Assembly: GCA_043228905.1 (NCBI GenBank)
Contig: JBHGNT010000002.1
Location: 17,050,001-17,114,000 of the forward strand
Source: Azolla caroliniana
Lineage: Eukaryota > Plantae > Polypodiophyta
Length of the DNA: 64,000 nt
Reading direction: 5' to 3'
Shown: piece after piece, positions 50,501 through 64,000 of the stretch
Position numbering within the stretch: the stretch's first letter is position 1
Layout of the letters: each line of letters starts with the position of its first letter
Made by a program: the position numbers and the translations under genes
The notes under the pieces: model-generated
Database searches by the model: none
Seen by the model: only the letters and a program-made list of their open reading frames with translations
What the model was told of the DNA's origin: nothing

Positions 50501-53500
50501 ATAATTCATGTTAATCTTGTTAAATACGACACCTAGCTCAATGTTTGTGCCCAAAACCATTTTTGTCAAATCTATGGCCCATCAAATTGTTGCTCATACA
50601 CTAATGGTATTGTTTGCCTAATTTCCTACTTTAGAAAGGTTACACATTCAATTGTAACAATATCTCACATTTGTTTTTATTGTTTCAATAGAGACCCGTA
50701 CATACAACTCCTCATCTTTCTAGTAAAGTTCGTATTCAATATTTTGAATCCTTTATAGAATCTAAACTCATAACAATAATTGTAGTTTCAGCTTCAAACG
50801 TTCAAAAATTAACTTATAATAAGGAAAAAATATAAATTACAAACCAAATAAAGGAAGTGTGTAACTCTTAATGACTAGTCCGGTTTACTATCTTCTTGGA
50901 CTTGTCCTCATATGGACAAATTGCAATTTGAAAACCATAGGAAGTTGGTCCATGATATCTTATGGCATGATTTATACATGTGGTGTTCATTAGAAAATTC
51001 TATAAATTCTAAGCTCGGTATCATGCACAACTTTGCATTTCTCGCATTTAGAAAGTATATCCTCTTTTTAGTTATCAAATAAATGGTTAACTTTTCCCCG
51101 TTTCAAATCCACTTGAAAGAAAGATATCAATAAAGTAGTTTTATTATTTTTGGTTCTTTCTTGACTCTCCATGTGACACCTATTCCCAAAGCTTTGGTGG
51201 AAAATGCCTAGTGTCTCGCAACCATCATGAACACATTTATGTTACATGTAGCTCTTTTAATCTTACTTTGTACTACATTTTCCAATGTTAAATATGGATT
51301 AAATGATTTTTCAACAACTTATTGGTAGAAAATTCATTCAATCGATGTAAAATAAGTCTACAATATATGTGTTTGTTGGATTAATCATTGATTTGGTTAG
51401 AACCCATATGATTGTTATAGAACCATGCACATTCCAAAGCTTGTTTGATCTATGATTCTTTCTTTCTTACTTGAACGATGTAATTGATGATTGATTTCTA
51501 GTGGATCGTGTGAGTTATGAGAATACCTATAAGATCACATGCTAAGTGGATTTATGATTGCAATATAGGTATATATGTCCAACGTCGCCCCAATTATAAA
51601 CATATTATTGGATATTTTCGAGAAAAATGAGAAGATAATTTTTCATATCTTGTGAATACTGTCATGATTTGTGAATATAGAGATCATAAACAAAGTGGGC
51701 AAGTTCGATGTGCAAACACACATTTGCATGAATGTCAATGGCACATGATGAACGTTTCTTAGTGTAAACACATAACATTACATGTTGCTCTAATGTATTA
51801 TGTCATATAGCTATATATTCAATTAGATCATGATAGTGCCTATTAAAAATTAATACGCTCGAAAGATATATGCATACCCGTGGTTAAACAATATGCTCGA
51901 ATAAAGCCAAAGGGTTTCTCTCAATCCATGTTTCTCTCTTTTATAAAAAATACATTATACCCAAAAGGATGGTCTATACTAGTATAAAATGTTGATAATC
52001 CAACCAATTTCCTTTTAAGTAGGAACTTGGTTCCCAATTATGATCTCATTGCCTACGAGGCAAATTTGAAAGTTTAGTTATTCTAGTTTTGATAATTTTC
52101 CTCCGAATAAATCTACCAAAGTAAAAGAGATGATATCCATCCAAAGGAGTAAACTGAGATGATATAATCTTCCCCCTTGTGACCCATTTGGCATTCAACT
52201 AGGAACCCAACATTTACTATCTAATGAATCATCTATGTAGAAGTGCCCATCACATCATTTACTTTATTATGATATTCCACAATCATTGCAAGGACGTCTA
52301 GAGAGAAAATGTTCTCAAGTCTTGATTGCAACATTCTTAAACAACCAAGGGAGAGTCCCCTATCAACTCCACACAAAACACAATATCAAGTGTGTGTTCC
52401 CGTTTGGTCCAATAGAAAACATATGAACTCAAGAGGATAAAAATTTAACTCTCCCTCTCACTAGTTAAATAAATTTAAGAGAAAATAAAGATCAAATGAA
52501 CACAGCGAAACACAAAGATTAACATGGTCTTTTATTGGTTACATTTTATTATAATGACTTGATATAGTAGAGGCATAAGCCAATGTAACATACTTTAGTG
52601 TTCTTTTCTATTTATTTATTTTGAAGACATGCATTTGCTTTCGATCATCCTATATAAATGTGTATATTGTTCAAATATAATATGATTGTTTAGAAAAAGG
52701 GGTTGGGAAATCTAGCACCATGTGCACTTAATTAAAAAACGATGGAAGCTTGTTATCGAGCTTAATTTAGGTTCCTCCATCTTCTCCAGTACAAACTTCC
52801 CTTGCTACTTAGTACTACCACCATCTTTGCTTCTCATCTCCCCGCTCATTCTATCACTTCCTCTATTTTTATTCATGTTATTAATTATCATTGTGGGTAA
52901 ACACACTCATAACATTTGTCAACAACAAGAATGATATTCTCCATCAAATCAACAATTACCTTGGTGTCCTACTTCTATAGTACATATACAATTGTAGCTC
53001 CCCTATACACGGTTACCATTAGTTTAAGTTCTAACAATTTCCTTAAGACAAGGCCTTGACTATTCGCTAATGCACTCGAACCCCACTACATGTGCACCTA
53101 CACACTTCCCTCATATGATGGCTTCAACCTTTTTGTATACCTTGTGGTGATCATGCATGTGAGTCTAGTGACCACAGTGAGTCTTTAGCATAGCATTTTG
53201 TCACATATAACCAAGAAAATTATTTAGTGAACATTATCTCAACTTCATCCTCTTATTGTGTCCTTTATTGCCATATCTATCTCATCCTTGCCAATCACAT
53301 ATGTCATATACCATCTCCAATAAATGACTCTATATTATTTAGATGCTCCATAGGGAAGAAAAATGTTCAAGGTCTTTGGTGTTCACATTATATCTTCGCT
53401 CTAGGCCACATTAGTGGATAACCTCATTAAATGTATCTCTTAAAGTATGGAAATGCTACTCTCCTTTTGGAATTAAAACATTTCACTTAATGTAGAGACC

Positions 53501-54907
53501 CATGTGTAAAATACCTCTCCTCAAGATAAGCCAATATGGCACAAAAACTAGAGTCTAAGCCAAATCCAATATGACAAAAAACCAAGAATATACTCAAAAT
53601 CCTAAGTCTAGGCTCAAAATTAGACCAACTAGTGACCACTTATATCTAAGGTGTCAGGAATGACCATTTAATGTCAACATCGAGTAGATAATCACACCAC
53701 ATCAATAGTTAAAACACAAGAATTCAACACATGGACTTACCCAAAAGTTGCCTTTGTTCGAAATTTAATGTTGGCCTACGCTATCAACATCTAAAATGAT
53801 ATGTTGACGTGTCACAACGTGTTGTTGGGCCACTGCGAGAATCTAGAACAAAGTTGACCCATGACAGGACAAGTCACTTATAAAAGTTTTGTGTGGAGAC
53901 AAGGTATAGAGGTTATATCTAGGGGCAGTTCAGAAGGGGATGGAGGTGGAGTGAGGTCAACAGTCAATGGCGACGATAAGGCTACGAGAAATAGTGATAC
54001 ATAATAATTCGATCGATGGCAATGTTTAATAACTACACTCAAAAGCTTGCTAGATGTGGTTTGATGCTTGTTGAAAAATAATAGGTTTTGTCATGCAGCC
54101 GTTTGTTGTTAAGTGGATAATGATTGCCCCTCCTTTTTTGATTTTGGTCTCAGGTGTCACACAACGATAGCGACCTGTAACTAGTAGAGTATCAACAGAT
54201 ACTTAGAGTGTACATAGCCTAATTTGTATCTGCGATTAACCTAACTAATGGGATGCAATTTCTTCTCGGAAAATAAAAATATTCAATTGATGGTGAGAGC
54301 CTTTATGATTAAAGAAAAAGAGAGGGCCTGGGGAAAAGAAAGAAACTTTTGGGCATGCACCCCCATGTCTGTTTGCCCTCCTTAGAGCAAACCAAACCTC
54401 CTACAACACTTGGAGAAAAGCCATTTTCTGTGTGTGAAAAGTGGCATCCTTGTGCACACGAACCCATACGCGTTTAAAACTACTACATATGTACATATTA
54501 TTATTACACAGCAAAAACAAAGTGATATATGTAGATGCAACTTTAGTACATTCTTCCTTCCTCATTCATTCAATGAACACAAACAGAGGAAACTGACTCT
54601 AGCGATAGATGTAGATCTACACAGGAGCATTACACTTATATGTCTATGTGTGTATATTTATTTGTAATGGATATTTATATATGTTTTATGTATACATACA
54701 TTAGGTAGCTTTGGTTTTATGTAGGTCAAATGTTGATGGGTGATTGTATTAACTAAGCATAAAAGATTTATACATCTCTCTCTATATGTGTGTGTGTGTA
54801 TGTATGTATGTATGTATGTAATAATGTATGTATGTTTACGTGGTGGGCTATTCTGATTTGAAGCAAACTCCATAGCCATTGGAAACTTCAAAGGTGGGAG
54901 GAGGAAG

Positions 54908-57815
54908 ATGGATGATATATTTGAACAAATGTTGTCGGGTTCTCCCTGGGCAGGGGATGGAGCTACCATAAATCCTTCATTGCTGGGAGGGTCTCTAGAG
55001 ATGAACAGGGGCCCATTTTATGAAGACAATGGAAGATTGCCTAACGAAGTCATGATGTTTGATCCTGGAAATGTTCATGCAATACAGGTGCCTTTGCGTT
55101 CTATTCAAATGTTCTCTGTTTTTCTATGTATACGTATATATATGTATACACACTGATATAGATGTGCCTTATATTTTGTATGATGCATTTTTTCTTATGC
55201 ATGATTCACGTTAATACATCATTAGACATATGTATATATCAGCTCACCTAGGGTTTAATATGTCCCTTTCATCTGGTACACCCTGAATGAACCCAGCACA
55301 TTGGATATATGCATGTATATCTCAGCTTAACTAGGGTTGAATGTATGTTCATTTGCATCAGGCACATCCTGTATGGAACCAGACCTTTGTTGGTGCTTTG
55401 TCTCCATCTTCAGCTTCAGCATCACATGGAGTATTAGGGTGTGGTAAGCAGGAGGGTTTTCTGGGAGATCCTTTGCGAGATCTTCATCGTGGGAAACGAC
55501 CTCGAGATGAGGATGATATCATTGACTGTCAAAGGAATCTGGTAAGAGCAAACCAAACCTCTGTGGACATTTTACAGTATTAGGGTATGAAAAACAATAG
55601 CAAATAAAAATGAGGTAGTCCCAGCATTGACCCTTAAAAAGAAACCAAAAATATTCCACATTTTTTATTCATAACAGAAAATTCTATGCTTTTTCACATA
55701 GAAAGAAATTGGAGATTTCAAAATGCTGGATATACCATTAAGTGTTGATCTAATATTATGGCACATTATTTATTTGTGTGTGTCACGATTCTTAGTGATA
55801 TAAGAATGAGGTAATTTAATTATATAGATTTTTATTTTTTCTTCCGAAGCTTGGTTGATGCATTAGAAGAATCTGAAGTGAAATTTATATGTAGGTCTTT
55901 ATAACATTTTTTTCATTAACCTTACCAAAGGAAAGCTATAAAGAGATGTATGCAATGTGGTGTAGATTGGTTGTAAGATGCATGTATTCTGAAGCCTCTT
56001 ATGAAACATGTAATAGAATGGTAACTATTTGATAATAAATTATAATGCATGAGATTGATGTAGCATTCGAGTCAATAGATTTGATGCATTTCCTTATTGA
56101 GTTTTTATCTCTGCTCACTATACTTGGATACAATTCTATATGTCTATGCTTTTATTGGTTGAAAAAAACATTTTACGTAGAGGCTTTGCAAAATAATTTT
56201 CTGAATTCAGTGACATATTATTGTGTGGGAAGAGGTAGTATTGAAAACATATGAGAAGTCAAGCTTAAACATGATGTATCATTAATCATCCATGTTCATG
56301 TTCTACAAAAATCAGGGAATTCAAGGGTTTGGAGATCAAGGGACTACAATAAACGGAGGTGGAAAACCTCGTGTAAGAGCTCGTCGTGGTCAGGCAACAG
56401 ATCCGCATAGCATAGCAGAACGGGTGTGTATATCGTTGTAGATTTTTTTTCTCTATCATAAACCCCATTAATGAATGATAAGAGCTTTTATACTTTTGGC
56501 ATAAACTTATACAGAAAGCACTCGAAATGCATGATTGATTTACTGTTTGTTGAATGTTTTTTCAAGCCAAGCATTTTTTTCATCATAAGAGCTCATTTAT
56601 ATTGTTTGATATTTTAATACACCAGTAGCCATTTGACATTGGCTTTATTTTTAGAATCGTCGAGAAAGAATAGCTGAAAGAATGAAAGCTCTTCAGGAGC
56701 TTGTGCCTGATTCTAACAAGGTCAGAGCTATATTATTACGTTTCGTTAATGTTTTAATCAGTTGAATAAATGTTATAGTTTATCTATAGAATCCATCCGT
56801 AAAATTGTCTATTCAATCTATATCAGACTGACAAAGCTTCAATGCTGGATGAGATCATTGGCTATGTCAAGTTCTTACAAATGCAAGTTAAGGTTGTTAT
56901 TGTGAATTCATAGTTATCTTTGTTGATATATTAATCAAAAGTCTTCAGATTCGTGATTTTTTTCTTTCTTTCTAGTGTCTTAGCATGTGTCGGCTTGGAG
57001 GTGCGGGTGCCACAGCACCACTTTCATCTGACCTTCCTACTGAGGTAACAATTTTCTGTCATTTCCTTGCTTATCTATCTAAATTCTGCTAGGGTTTTAG
57101 AGTGGCAATATTTGTTTTTAACAAGTAGGTCTCATGACCCTTGCCTATCTATTTACAGATTTAAGGTCTTTAGGATGTCAAGATTTGTTTTAACAAAAGA
57201 AACTTAAAAACACTAAAGATCTCATAATGCCTCTGCCTATCCATCTACATTTTTGTTTTTGGGGTTTAGGGTGGTGATTTCCTGGCAGCAAATCTGGCTC
57301 AAGGAAATGGTGGAGGGGGAGATGGTATAGCATTAGCCGAACATCAAGTGGCTCGGCTTATGGACGAAGACATGAGCGCAGCCATGCAATACTTGCAAAG
57401 CAAAGGTCTTTGCCTCATGCCTATCTCCTTAGCAACAGTGATCTCGAGCTCTGGTGGTCGCCATCCACAATCATCATGTGCTGGACCCTCCAATAGTTCT
57501 GATGGTGCTGCTGATAGCATTAAACAAGCCATGGAACTGGCTGCCAGTTTTGCAGCTAGTGTTGGTGCTACCACCCAAACTAGTGCGTCGATGACAGGTG
57601 CCTTGTCAAGTTTTGGCAACAGCAAATTTCTAGGTAGAGAAGATGTAGGAAATGTACTACTAAAGGGCAATGTGGCGACCAATAATTGCATGGAAGAAAT
57701 TTCACAAAGAGATGATGGTGATGGTGATGATATAAATGATCTCAATAGGCCATCAACTTCATCACTCCACAATAGCAGAGATGGTATAAAAATTAGACAG
57801 GACATTCAAAGATGA
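54908..57815 (+). CDS. LRL: LRL-class (subfamily XI) bHLH transcription factor; exons 54908-55087, 55362-55541, 56316-56423, 56655-56720, 56827-56892, 56976-57044, 57270-57815; ~404 aa
   Basis: MDDIFEQML; [20 protein letters not shown]; [17 protein letters not shown]; [11 protein letters not shown]; LRL domain [32 protein letters not shown]; all introns GT-AG, phase 0. Confidence 0.93.
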
Positions 57816-58917
57816 AATCAAGAAAAAACGAAAGATTAAATGCCTATAAGATTTGTCAATAGAAGAGCCGACTTTAGTTTGCCAGGCGAGCACAAGAAAA
57901 GATGCCCTTGGTTTTCTATTGAAATCATTGGAAATTCTTTTGTTTTCAAATTGATTTTGATTGTTTATTTGTCTTTATATTTTGCGATTTTTAATCTCTA
58001 CAATTTAGAGAACCCATATGTAATGATCAAAGCTCTTTGCTTATTGGTGAAATTGTTGGTGCATGCAAATGTATTGCTAGTTTCATGGGTAAAGTTCTTT
58101 ACGATCATAGGGTTGGGAGCATTGTGTTACTTTGCATTGTACTGCTATATCTACATGCTCTGCTATCTACAACCTGACATAAGTATTATCTTATTTGGAT
58201 CAAAGTCATGGGATTTCTAACAAAAAAGCTTAAGCATCTCTCACATAACATTGTAAGTCGGACTGTAAGAAAAAGGAATAGCATTATGATATACAATTGA
58301 TGGGATGCCAACTATCAGATGTTTTTGAGGCAACTGATACCACATTGTTATGATTGGAACAATCTGTACCAAAAGAACATCAACAATCCAAGATTAGAGT
58401 CCAAATGCAAAATAAATATTGTTATTGTGCAAATGTCAAATACAAGAAGGCAGAAAAATGGAAGGTGTACCAAAGCTTGTCAAATGTCTTTCTTCCTATC
58501 TAAAGGGCTTAACACTAACAAAGGCCTAATTGATGGGCAGGTGAATCCAAAGTACCCTTAGATGGGTCTGGAACACCATTCCTATCATTATTGCATTCAG
58601 TATATAACCCCAAAACCACACACCTCCATGCTTCAATGTGCTTGCAGGTGTTGTGAGTGACCAGAAGACACGTAATATAAACATATTTGCATTCCATATG
58701 GTGTATATATAGATACTCATGTTATTAAAACCTACGTGAATGATTGAGTTGCTCCACTATTGAATGCCTCAATTACAGATGATAAATTACCATTGACAGA
58801 CAGAAGTTAAAATGTCATGTCTGCAATGACTATATGAATCGGCAATGGTGATGTTGTGCCACACATTATTCATCACTGGTGCAATGCGATTGTGATTGTG
58901 ATTGTGTGTATGCCACA

Positions 58918-59703
58918 TCAAACCATGACATTGGCACCAGGCACCATGCCATTAAGACTGATATTGCCCTTAGACACCACATCCTTAACATCATCACCAC
59001 TGGATGCTACATCATCTTTGATGCCATTATCATCGGACACATCGGCATTAAGAACCACCATTGCCACATCATCGGCGACTGGATCAGGAAGAAGAAGATC
59101 TCCAAGGGAGGGGGCAGGTGCCACATAGTATGGAACAGCAGGGTATCCCCGAGGCAAGCGGCGGCGAGAGTTAGGGTAGCATTGAAACCGTGGCCTGACT
59201 CCTCCTCCTCCTACGATATACTCGTCGAAGGCAGGGTAAGCCATGACAGGCTCATTAATAATATCATCCCGGAAAACCTTAGGTCCAACCTGTGTGGAGA
59301 CATTGACCCGTCCCTGCAGCTTCCCTGACGGCGTGACGAGATCAGACGAGATTAAGTTGAGGGTGTCATTACCTTTGTTGATGATATCCATCAAAGGGAT
59401 GGAGGCCGTGCCGAGAAGAACCTTGCGTCTGATCCTGGGGAAGATCAGAGAGCTTTTATGGAAGATTTGTATGGTGAGGTGGGCAGCGCGATGGTGGAGG
59501 GAAGATTCGGGGACGGCATCAAAGCAGAAGCGCTGGTTAATCCACACAGGGTTTGTGTGGCTAGATTTCGTGGACAAGCTGCTTTTCTGTGGAGAGGAAG
59601 GATCAAGCCATGCGACGGCATAGGCTCGAACCATACCCAAAACGCTGCCATCTCTGAGGTCATGTGCAGAGAGGAGGGTCACATCCAATCTCCTCACCTC
59701 CAT
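58918..59703 (-). CDS. C2-domain (SRC2/BAP/CaLB-like) protein, intronless, 261 aa
   Basis: LDVTLLSAHDL, AYAVAW, TNPVW, LLGTASIPL, TPSGKLQGRVNVS, PVMAYPA, followed by a low-complexity tail. Confidence 0.85.
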   Translation of the reverse strand: MEVRRLDVTLLSAHDLRDGSVLGMVRAYAVAWLDPSSPQKSSLSTKSSHTNPVWINQRFCFDAVPESSLHHRAAHLTIQIFHKSSLIFPRIRRKVLLGTASIPLMDIINKGNDTLNLISSDLVTPSGKLQGRVNVSTQVGPKVFRDDIINEPVMAYPAFDEYIVGGGGVRPRFQCYPNSRRRLPRGYPAVPYYVAPAPSLGDLLLPDPVADDVAMVVLNADVSDDNGIKDDVASSGDDVKDVVSKGNISLNGMVPGANVMV

Positions 59704-59859
59704 GGTTTTGTGGGTGCCAAAGCCAAGCCAAGCCAAGCCAAGCCAAGCCTGTTTGTTCCTTTGATTTCCATGGTTTTTAACACGCGTGTTTGAGTAATTC
59801 CTTCCCTAGAGCGAATGAGAGATTGAGAGAAACGCAACAACTTTATGGGCCATTCTAAC

Positions 59860-60309
59860 CATCGATAATGGTTCGGTTCGGTTTGACACTGTCAAAACCA
59901 AACCGTTTAAATTTTTTGAAACTTGAACTGAACCACGAAACCGTTAAAAAACTTTCAAGCCGTTAAACCATTAAACCGTTACCGTTTCGTGGTTCGGTTT
60001 TGGTTCTCAACTAAGGTCAAAATTCAAATTTTACAATTTTACAATTTTAAAATTTTAAAGATTTTCCTAAAATTCGAGAATAAGGCATGGAAATGAAAAG
60101 ATTGTTAAATTTTTTTTTTTTAAATGTTTAAAATTTAAAAGAAAAAAACCGTTAAACTGCGGTTTCTAACTGTTGAAGCTGTTAAGCCGTAGATTCGCAA
60201 AAATTTTAAAATTAAAAAAACAAAAAAACCCGTAAAACCATGTAAATTGCAGTTTCTAACTGTTGAAGCCGTTAAGCCGTCGGTTCATGGTTTAGTTTGG
60301 TTCAAACCA
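59860..60309. mobile_element. Putative non-autonomous DNA transposon/MITE remnant with AAACCG/CGGTTT subterminal motifs
   Basis: Dense GGTTCGGTT/AAACCG motifs in both orientations and a duplicated block (~60155, ~60247); TIR and TSD not identified. Confidence 0.5.
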
Positions 60310-63300
60310 TGTAAAGAATCGAGTGTGATTCTATGCAACGGAATAGATTAAGGATTTGTGTTATGTTTGTGTGAAAGAGGAGAGAAGAGACACACGATAG
60401 ATGAAGTACTCAAGATGTATATTAACAAGGAGTAAAAAATAGCAAGTACAAAGGTAATAACATTACAAGGGACATTAACCGACTGTTACAAAGTAGGAGG
60501 GTGCTTTATATAGGGTCACCCTTTCTCTTCATTAACTCACTAAAACACCCACTCTCTCTTTAGAACCTTGGGGAATGTTGAGGCTCATTAGTCATGGGGA
60601 ATATGGAACTCATTAGTTATGTGTCATAGAATATGATTCTATGACACGTAGTTAATGTGTAGAAAGTAGTGGTGACTTTTGACCTTTGAGTGCTCATAGA
60701 TTCTCAAAAGGCGTGTTCACACACAAGACTAGGTTGAGCTTGATCCTTAAGTATTCTCTTCAGCCAAACAACTTCACATGCAACTACAACTGTGCCCCTG
60801 TATTCGGCCTTTGTGCTCGAAAGTGCGATGGTCGGCTGCTTCTTGCGGCTCTGGGAGATGGCTTCACTTTCGAGAGAGAAGATGAATCCTGAGGTCGATT
60901 GTCTTTCAGCTTTGTAACCGGCCCAGGCGGCATCTGTGTACCCTTCGAGTCGAATTGACATTGCCGTCTTGTAGAGAATGCCACAATCCATGGTGCTGTG
61001 CACGTATCGTAATGCTCGCTTAGTACAATCCAAATGAATATCTCGTAGAGTTTGCATGAATTAACTAAAGAGACTGGCCGGATAGTTGAGGTCAGGTCGA
61101 GTGATCGTGAGGTAGATAAGACTACCAACGAGTTGTCGATAGTGGGTTCGCTCCCACTTTGTGGTGCCGGAGTTGGCATCCAGTTTGAGGTTTCGATCAA
61201 GAGGGGTTGCCACAGATTTTCACATAGTCATCCCGAACTTGTATAACAAGTTGAGGATGTAGAGCCCTTGGGAGATCATAATGCCGTTTGGAGTCTAAAT
61301 TACTTCAATACCTAGAAAGTAATGAAGCTTTTTCATGTTTGTCATCTTGAATTTGCTGGAGAGGAGGGACTTAACCTTGTTGATGTCGACTAGATGTTCG
61401 CCGCCAATGACCAGATCATCCACGTATAGGATGATGACAATCGAGCTTCGAGAATTGTTTCTTACGTTGCGGGAGTTGTTCGATTTTGACATTCTAAAGC
61501 CGATTTGATCAAGATGTTGAGTGATCATGGAATGCCAAGCACGCGTGCTTGCTTGAGTCCGTACACCGGCTTCTTTAGATAGCAGATTGTGGTCGAGTGG
61601 TTGGTCGATTCGAAGCTAGGTGGTTGAACCATGTACACCTCTTCTTCTAATTCGCCTTGCAGAAAGGCGTTCTTTACATCCATCTGGTGGAGGTGCTACC
61701 CTTTTGCTGTTGTGAGTGCGATGATTGTCCGAACAATCGTCATCTTTGCCACTGGGACAAAGGTCCCTTCATAGTCAACTCTGTGTGTCTGTGCATAACC
61801 TTTTGCTACGAGTCAGTTCTTATAGTGGTTGAAGGTGTTGTTAGCATTATACTTCACTTTGTAAATCCATCTACAGCCGATCGCCTTTGTGTGTGGTGAG
61901 TGGGAAACAAGATCCCATGTCTCGTTCTTGGATAGTGCTTGCATCTCCTCGTTCATCGCTTCAACCCATCGTGGAACCTTGGCTGCTTCGGAAAAACTTT
62001 CCGGTTCTCGAATTGTTCCCACCTTCATCATAAAGGCATAGCGGTATGCCATGTAACCGTTATAGCCGAATCGAATAAATGGATTCTTCTCACGGGTGGC
62101 GTGTCAGAGTTTTTCATTTGTCGATGTGAGTGCTTTCTTCACTCAAGGTGTCTTTATGATAAGCACATTGAGGCCATCAAGCTCACTATTGAGTGAGTGA
62201 GCTGATTCATTGCCGTCAGATTGATCGTCTTCATACTCTAGCATTTTGGGCTTCCCTTTGTCTATCTTCGGACTCAGCCGAGATGTGCTTTGCTCGCTTG
62301 GAGGCTCTTGTGGTCCGCTCAATCTGGTTGAGATTAGACTCTCCTCGGGTATTGACCTTAGTTGATCATTGTCTTGTGTTTCGTCAAGGTTGACTAGAAA
62401 TGGTTTGGGAGGAGTCGGCTCAGGTTCGTACCATGATGCTGATTCGTCAAAGACAACGTCTCAACTTACATGAACCTTCCGAGTAGAGGGGTTGAAGCAT
62501 TTGTACCCCTTTTGCTCTAGTGAGTACCCTATGAGGATACACTTATTCGATTTGGGATCTAGTTTTTGCCGTTTTTTGTTGGGAATGTGCACATATGCAA
62601 GTGAACCGAATATCCCGACATGGTATAGGTTCGGCTTTCTTTCGTAATATTTTTCATGAGGGGTTACATTTTGCACTCTGCATGTTATGCACCGATTCAC
62701 GCGGTAGACGACAATATTTGCTGCTTCGGCCTAATATGATTTCGGCATGTGCTTCTCGTTTAGCATGGCCTGTGCTACTTCGAGGATGTGCCGATTTTTG
62801 CGTTCCGCCACTCCGTCTTGTTGTGGTGTATGTCGACATGAAAATTCCTGCCGAATTCCTTCTTGTCGAAGGTACATCGTGAATGCATTGGAGAAGTATT
62901 CCTTGACTCCATCTGACCGAAGACATTGTCCATGTCGTCTGATTGTCTTTTCGACTTCACTTTTGAATTTTTGGAAGTGTGCAAACATTTCACTCATCGG
63001 CCTCATGGGAAAGATCGAAGTCTGCCTGTAGAAGTCGTCGATAAAGGTCACGTAATATCGGCATCCGCTGAATGTAGCCGTTTGAGCCGGTCCCCACATA
63101 TATGAGTGCATTGCGTCCAGTAGGCCTTTGCTCATGTTCCTCTCTTTTGGGAATGGGTGCTGATGTTGCTTGCCGAATTGGCAACCTGCATATACGCGCT
63201 CAATCTCTTTCTCTTTGAAGGTAGGGAGCCCGATGACGACTTCTTTTGATTGCATCTCCTTGAGTTTATTGGGTTTGATATGGCCGATTCTTTTGTGCCA

Positions 63301-63425
63301 TAACTCTATGTCTGTATCAACTTATCAGCCTTTTGCAAACATGGCCAAAACCGCGAGTGATTAGTTGACCCTCTTTCTCAATGAAGCAACCGCCTTGGTT
63401 GAATCGAACTTGCATGCCTTGCTAA
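60310..63425 (-). mobile_element. Degenerate copia of the same family as element A (3' LTR 60310-~60743 fused to RNase H; RT; IN)
   Basis: LTR similar to 25684-26150; [32 protein letters not shown]. Confidence 0.9.
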
Positions 63426-64000
63426 TGTTGTCTCCTCTCTTGGAGATACACCTTCGATTACTCCCTGAGTAATCGGGTCAAGGGAATCGTGGTTACGTAG
63501 GAGGGTACGCTAGGGCCGAATAGTTCGATTAACTACAAAATGGGTGGCCACAACCGGTCTTATGACTTATGATTTATGAATCGGACTAGAACTCAACGTA
63601 AATATGTGTTGAGAGACAAGCTCAACATCGGCCGGATCGGCTGAAGAAGCCGAGGACCGGATTGGCTGGGACCGATCAGTTAGGCCGTTAGGAAAGATAT
63701 TCCGTGAGGAATATATTTGGGAGTTAGTGTAGGAGCTCTTAATGAGCATTGAAGTACTGTCAGTACTCCAGTCAGTCCTTCTAGGGCTTGTACAAAGTGT
63801 TCATTGAACACATATATGTTTGTTTTTGTCTTTTATTATATACTCTCCTTTTGGTGTCTTCTCTCTAACTCTCTTGGTCTCTCCCGCGTATACTGTGTAA
63901 GCTCAAGCTCTCCATTAAACTTGAGTGTTCTCCCTTCTGTTCTGTCTTTATACTAGCTTCTGCACGCTACTTTTCACATGGTATCAGAGCGCGAGGGTTG
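63426..64000 (+). mobile_element. 5' LTR (63426-63978) and iMet PBS (63979-63990) of another copia inserted in the preceding element; continues past the window
   Basis: TGTTG...CACA followed by TGGTATCAGAGC; flank GCGAGGGTTG resembles that after the PBS at 17719. Confidence 0.8.

Noticed and set aside
50500-54400. Possible decayed TE or gene fragments in the AT-rich interval
   Set aside because: No motif could be translated convincingly by eye
57344-57805. 153-aa antisense ORF, and similar shadow ORFs over the C2, RSL1D1-like and pol regions
   Set aside because: Antisense shadows of genuine coding sequence

Overview
Eukaryotic land-plant nuclear DNA, probably a non-seed plant such as a fern (inferred from the retroelement families, not proven). 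No prokaryotic features, CRISPR arrays, tRNA or rRNA genes were seen. Five host genes: a PB1-domain protein (probably a B4 Raf-like kinase) running off the left edge; an intronless ribosomal-L1-domain RSL1D1/Utp30-like gene; a 4-exon PP2C; a 7-exon LRL-class bHLH; and an intronless C2-domain (SRC2/BAP-like) gene. About 15.4-50.5 kb is a nested transposon block: a hAT remnant, several Ty1/copia elements, two tRNA-Trp-primed Ty3/gypsy elements (one gag-only and GC-rich), a LINE remnant and one complete 10.1 kb Athila-like gypsy element (37366-47468, 476-bp LTRs, CATGG target-site duplication). Most striking: this complete element has no polypurine tract next to its 3' LTR. A second, inverted tRNA-Arg primer-binding site lies there, 2 nt from the LTR, suggesting tRNA priming of both DNA strands or a PBS-pairing self-priming mechanism. 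It also carries a decayed ~1000-codon accessory ORF after pol. Exon models and coordinates were read by eye; edges of degraded elements are approximate.
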